From NCBI GenBank assembly GCA_965112735.1, contig OZ218965.1:2108001-2172000 (forward strand): DNA of 64,000 nt. Direction: 5' to 3'. Below the pieces are notes generated by a model. That model was given only the letters and a program-made list of their open reading frames with translations. It did not search any database and was not told the DNA's origin. The DNA is from Phaeosaccion multiseriatum. Its lineage: Eukaryota > Protista > Ochrophyta, other classes. The position numbers and the translations under genes are program-made. Numbering within the stretch: position 1 is the first letter of the stretch; each line of letters opens with the position of its first letter. This document shows positions 60,863 through 64,000 of the stretch, one piece after another.

Positions 60863-62883
60863 GCCACGGCCGAGACTGCGATTGTGCCTCGTGTGTGGGT
60901 GTGGGAACAGTGGAACGAGTGCAGCAGCGAAACGCCCTTCCCGTGGTGCAGAGTGCCATGTCCTTGTTCAGTACCAGTGACGTGTCGAAGGCCCACGCCC
61001 ATGCTGCGGACTGTGCGTGCAGCAGCTGCTCCACCCGCTCGCACGGCTCCGGCTGCCGCTGCCCCGGGTGCGCGTTGGAGAGCGGGCTGGCCAAGCTGTC
61101 GGGTGCGGTGGCGGCGCCGATTGAGCGCTTGAGGCATGTGGGCGTGGCCATGATGGCATCTGCCGCCATGGCGTCGGGACTGCTGGGCAATGCCCCAGGT
61201 AAGGGCGCGCTTTATCTCCTTTGTTTTTGTGTGTGTGGCCTCCGGTACCTCCCATGTGTGTATATGCGTGTGGATAACACGCCCAACTCACAAGTCGCTT
61301 TGTCTCTTCTCCCCCTGACATTGTCCTACCGCTACCCGGCTTCGGCTGCCCACCCCTGTTCTCCAGTGCCCTTTGCTGCCCAGCCGGTGTTCGCTGAGAG
61401 CGTCAGCTCGGACTTCAAGATCAAGCAAGGAGCGGCCTCTACGTTAGACTCGGGTACGGTCAACACAGACACTGAAACTGAATTCGATGTGTGCAAGTGT
61501 AGACCTCCACTCATGCCCCCCCCCCCCCCCTCTGCTTTCTGACTCTCCCTCTCTCTCCCTCTCTCTCTCACTCCCTCTCTCACTCCCCTCCCCTCTCTCT
61601 CTCTCTCCCTCTCCCCCCCCCCCCTCTCTCTCCCCCCTCACTCCCTCTCTCTCTCTCTCCCTCTGATACTGCAGGGGCCCGCAAGATCATCACTCGGGGT
61701 GTCAACCTTGAGAACAGCGACTTTGATGGCAAGAACATGGCGGTGAGAGCATGCCACGTTAAGCTTCATCTCTTGCCCTGCTGTAGCCATAGCGACTGAC
61801 GTGTGTGTATACATGTGCGTGTGCGTGTGCGTGTGTGCGTGTGTGTGTGCGTCTCTCTCCGACGGCAGGGAGTAACCTTCCAGCAGAGTCTGCTGAGAGG
61901 AAGCACAATGCGAGGAACCAATCTTAAAGCCGCAGGTGCGTGCGTGCGTGCGTGCGTGCGTGCAAGTCGAGGGACAGAGAGAGAAAGAGAGAACAAGAAT
62001 GTTAAACCACACCACGGAATGTATCCGTCCCGTCGTCCCATCCCTCATTTCGGAGTCCCTTCTCCCGGCGCTGTTTGCTGTTTGCTTGTTACCTGCTTGC
62101 TCGCTCTCTTTCATCCTTGCAGGCATGTTTGACGCTGACCTGTCCAACGTGGACTTTACAGGCGCGGTGCTCAACCAGGCCAATGTGGAGCTCGCCAACC
62201 TCGAGTGAGTTGCTTCCTTGACTTCAAGGAAGTGAGTGCGTGAGTGTGTGGGGCCCCAGAGAGCGAGTGATGCGGTGGGTTGGAGGTGCCGCAGAACGAG
62301 GTGCTCACCTCACACTCCTTGTGTTTCGGTCGTTTCGTTTTTTGCCGTCGGACCCAGGGGGGCAATTCTGAAAGACGCAGACTGTACGGAAATGTACGTG
62401 AGCGGAGCAACCAAGATGCTCCCGCAGGACATTGAGGGAGCAGACTTCACCGACACGTATATTAGAGGTGAGCTGGTGAGGGAGTGAGTGAAGTGAGATA
62501 AATCACGAAGACTGTAGACCAGGGAACCGCTTTTCTTGCCTTTTTGACCTCCTTCCGTCCTTCCCTCCGGAGGGATAGGATAATGTTGCCGTCCTCAGCC
62601 GCCGCTTCGCTTCTTCGCTCCCTTGGCCGCTGACGCGACTGCTGCTGCGTTGCTGTAATGCTGCTGTGCTGCTGTTTGTTGGTCCTTCTTCTTCTGTCCT
62701 GCTCTCCTCTCCTCTCCTCCCCGCTGCTTGTGTTTTTGCTCTCCTGTCCTCTCCTGTCCGCTTCCTCCCCTCCTTGTCCTCCTTTTGTGTGCAGGCGACC
62801 AACGCAAGTACCTGTGCAGCATCGCCAAAGGCACCAACCCTGTGTCGGGGGTGGACACTCGCGACAGCTTGCAGTGCAAGTGA
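59695..62883 (+). CDS. Thylakoid-lumen pentapeptide-repeat protein (TL17/TL20.3-like) with a long presequence containing 16 H-x3-C-x-C-x2-C repeats
   Basis: Exons 59695-61198, 61367-61452, 61675-61742, 61869-61935, 62123-62204, 62358-62467 and 62795-62883. Pentapeptides [46 protein letters not shown]-terminal [23 protein letters not shown] is typical of lumenal pentapeptide proteins. Confidence 0.9.
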
Positions 62884-64000
62884 GGTGTAATGTGTGAGGT
62901 CCTGAGGCGGGCGGGGTAGGAGAGGGGAGGGGGGAGGAAGGTAGCGAGAACGCTGGCCCTATGCGGGGCAGCAGGCAGCAGGCTGGACGGTGCAGCAAGG
63001 CGGGACGAGGGGATTGTGTCGCAAGCGAATTAGCGGACGAAGATAATTTCGAGGTCGATTTAATCAAGGGGTGTGGGTGTGGGGTGACAGGGGCGTAGCG
63101 AGGAGGGGGTACGAGGGGGTAGAGGAGGGAATAATAGAGAGTGGTACTGTACCTGATACAGTACATGATAGAGCGGACGTCTCGAAGGAGCGGCGAGGCG
63201 AGAGCGGCGAGGCAGTGGTCCTATTTTTTTTTTAATTTTGTTTAGACAAGAGAGCTCTCTCAATCGTAAAAATCTTCCATTAAATTAAAATTAAAAAAAA
63301 GAAAAAGAAAAAGGAGATGAATTGTTTTTTCTTTTTTCCTCCCTTCCACAAACGTCTTCCTCAAATGCCTCACCCACTTGCTCAGTCCCTCGTGCCGTTA
63401 CCGATCGTTTCGGCACGATTCGCAGAGCAGCTGGGTCCAACTCTCTGCGGCTCTGCAGGCTCCCTCAGCCCGTCCACCGACCCGGGTAGGAGGGCAATAA
63501 CCCCCCTCCCATGGCCCTTCCCATGGCCCTTCAGCGCTGCCCTTGATGCCAAGCTCACTGAGAAAGTACCTCACGAGGAGTAGGGGCGAAGGGTGTGTAA
63601 GTATCCAGCCAGACCCTAAGCCAAGCCATACACACCCTCAGCCACACAGCCCGACAAGCCGGCAGGGCGGCAGGGCGGCAGCAGAGTGGGAGGTCCCGGG
63701 CACCCACTGCATCATTGAATCCGTGCGGGGGGGGGGTCTTGGCAGAGGAATTACTCGACCCTGAACAGGCGGATTATTGCCCCAATCCTCCTACATCCAC
63801 CTAACGGGTAATTAGGCTCTTGGGGCGTTCGACGGAGGCGACAAGGTGCCTTGAGCACGACACGACACGCGACAGGCCATGGAGAAGAAGCAGGGGCGGT
63901 TTACAGGAGTACACACCCCTTGCCTTGCGGCGTCGCTGCGGCGCTACTTCTTGCTGAGCTAATCTTCTTTTTCTTCTTCCACCCTCCCGCTGCCCAGCAC

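Noticed and set aside
63317-64000. Possible gene fragment at the window end
   Set aside because: No consistent frame or motif could be established.

Overview
Eukaryotic nuclear DNA: GC-rich, with GT-AG introns that are usually filled with microsatellites. A stramenopile-type Myb domain, signal-peptide + Phe plastid-targeting motifs, a thylakoid-lumen pentapeptide protein and SAS-6 point to a photosynthetic stramenopile (ochrophyte) that probably has centrioles or a flagellate stage (inference). About 14 genes were spliced by eye: exportin-5/HASTY (3' part), a ~17.6-kb EF-hand/ZnF/CBM48/LRR/SH3b gene, FYVE-PH, two tandem paralogues built from five 'FGKxKG...W...F..Y' modules, an mS26-like protein, a Myb-like factor, an OPR/RAP protein, HDHD5/CECR5, a small membrane protein, THOC6, AdoMetDC, SAS-6 and a pentapeptide-repeat protein. 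Most ORFs in the supplied track are microsatellite artefacts. Best candidates for new biology: (1) a lumenal pentapeptide protein whose targeting presequence contains 16 H-x3-C-x-C-x2-C repeats, a metallothionein-like array predicted to be left in the stroma; (2) the two FGKxKG-module paralogues flanking a ~1.1-kb fold-back inverted repeat made from a decayed coding sequence, with two introns present in only one paralogue; (3) an apparently plastid-targeted AdoMetDC; (4) a 151-bp MITE with a 6-bp TSD; (5) intronic tandem repeats seeded on splice junctions. No searches or predictors were run; family calls rest on motif recognition.
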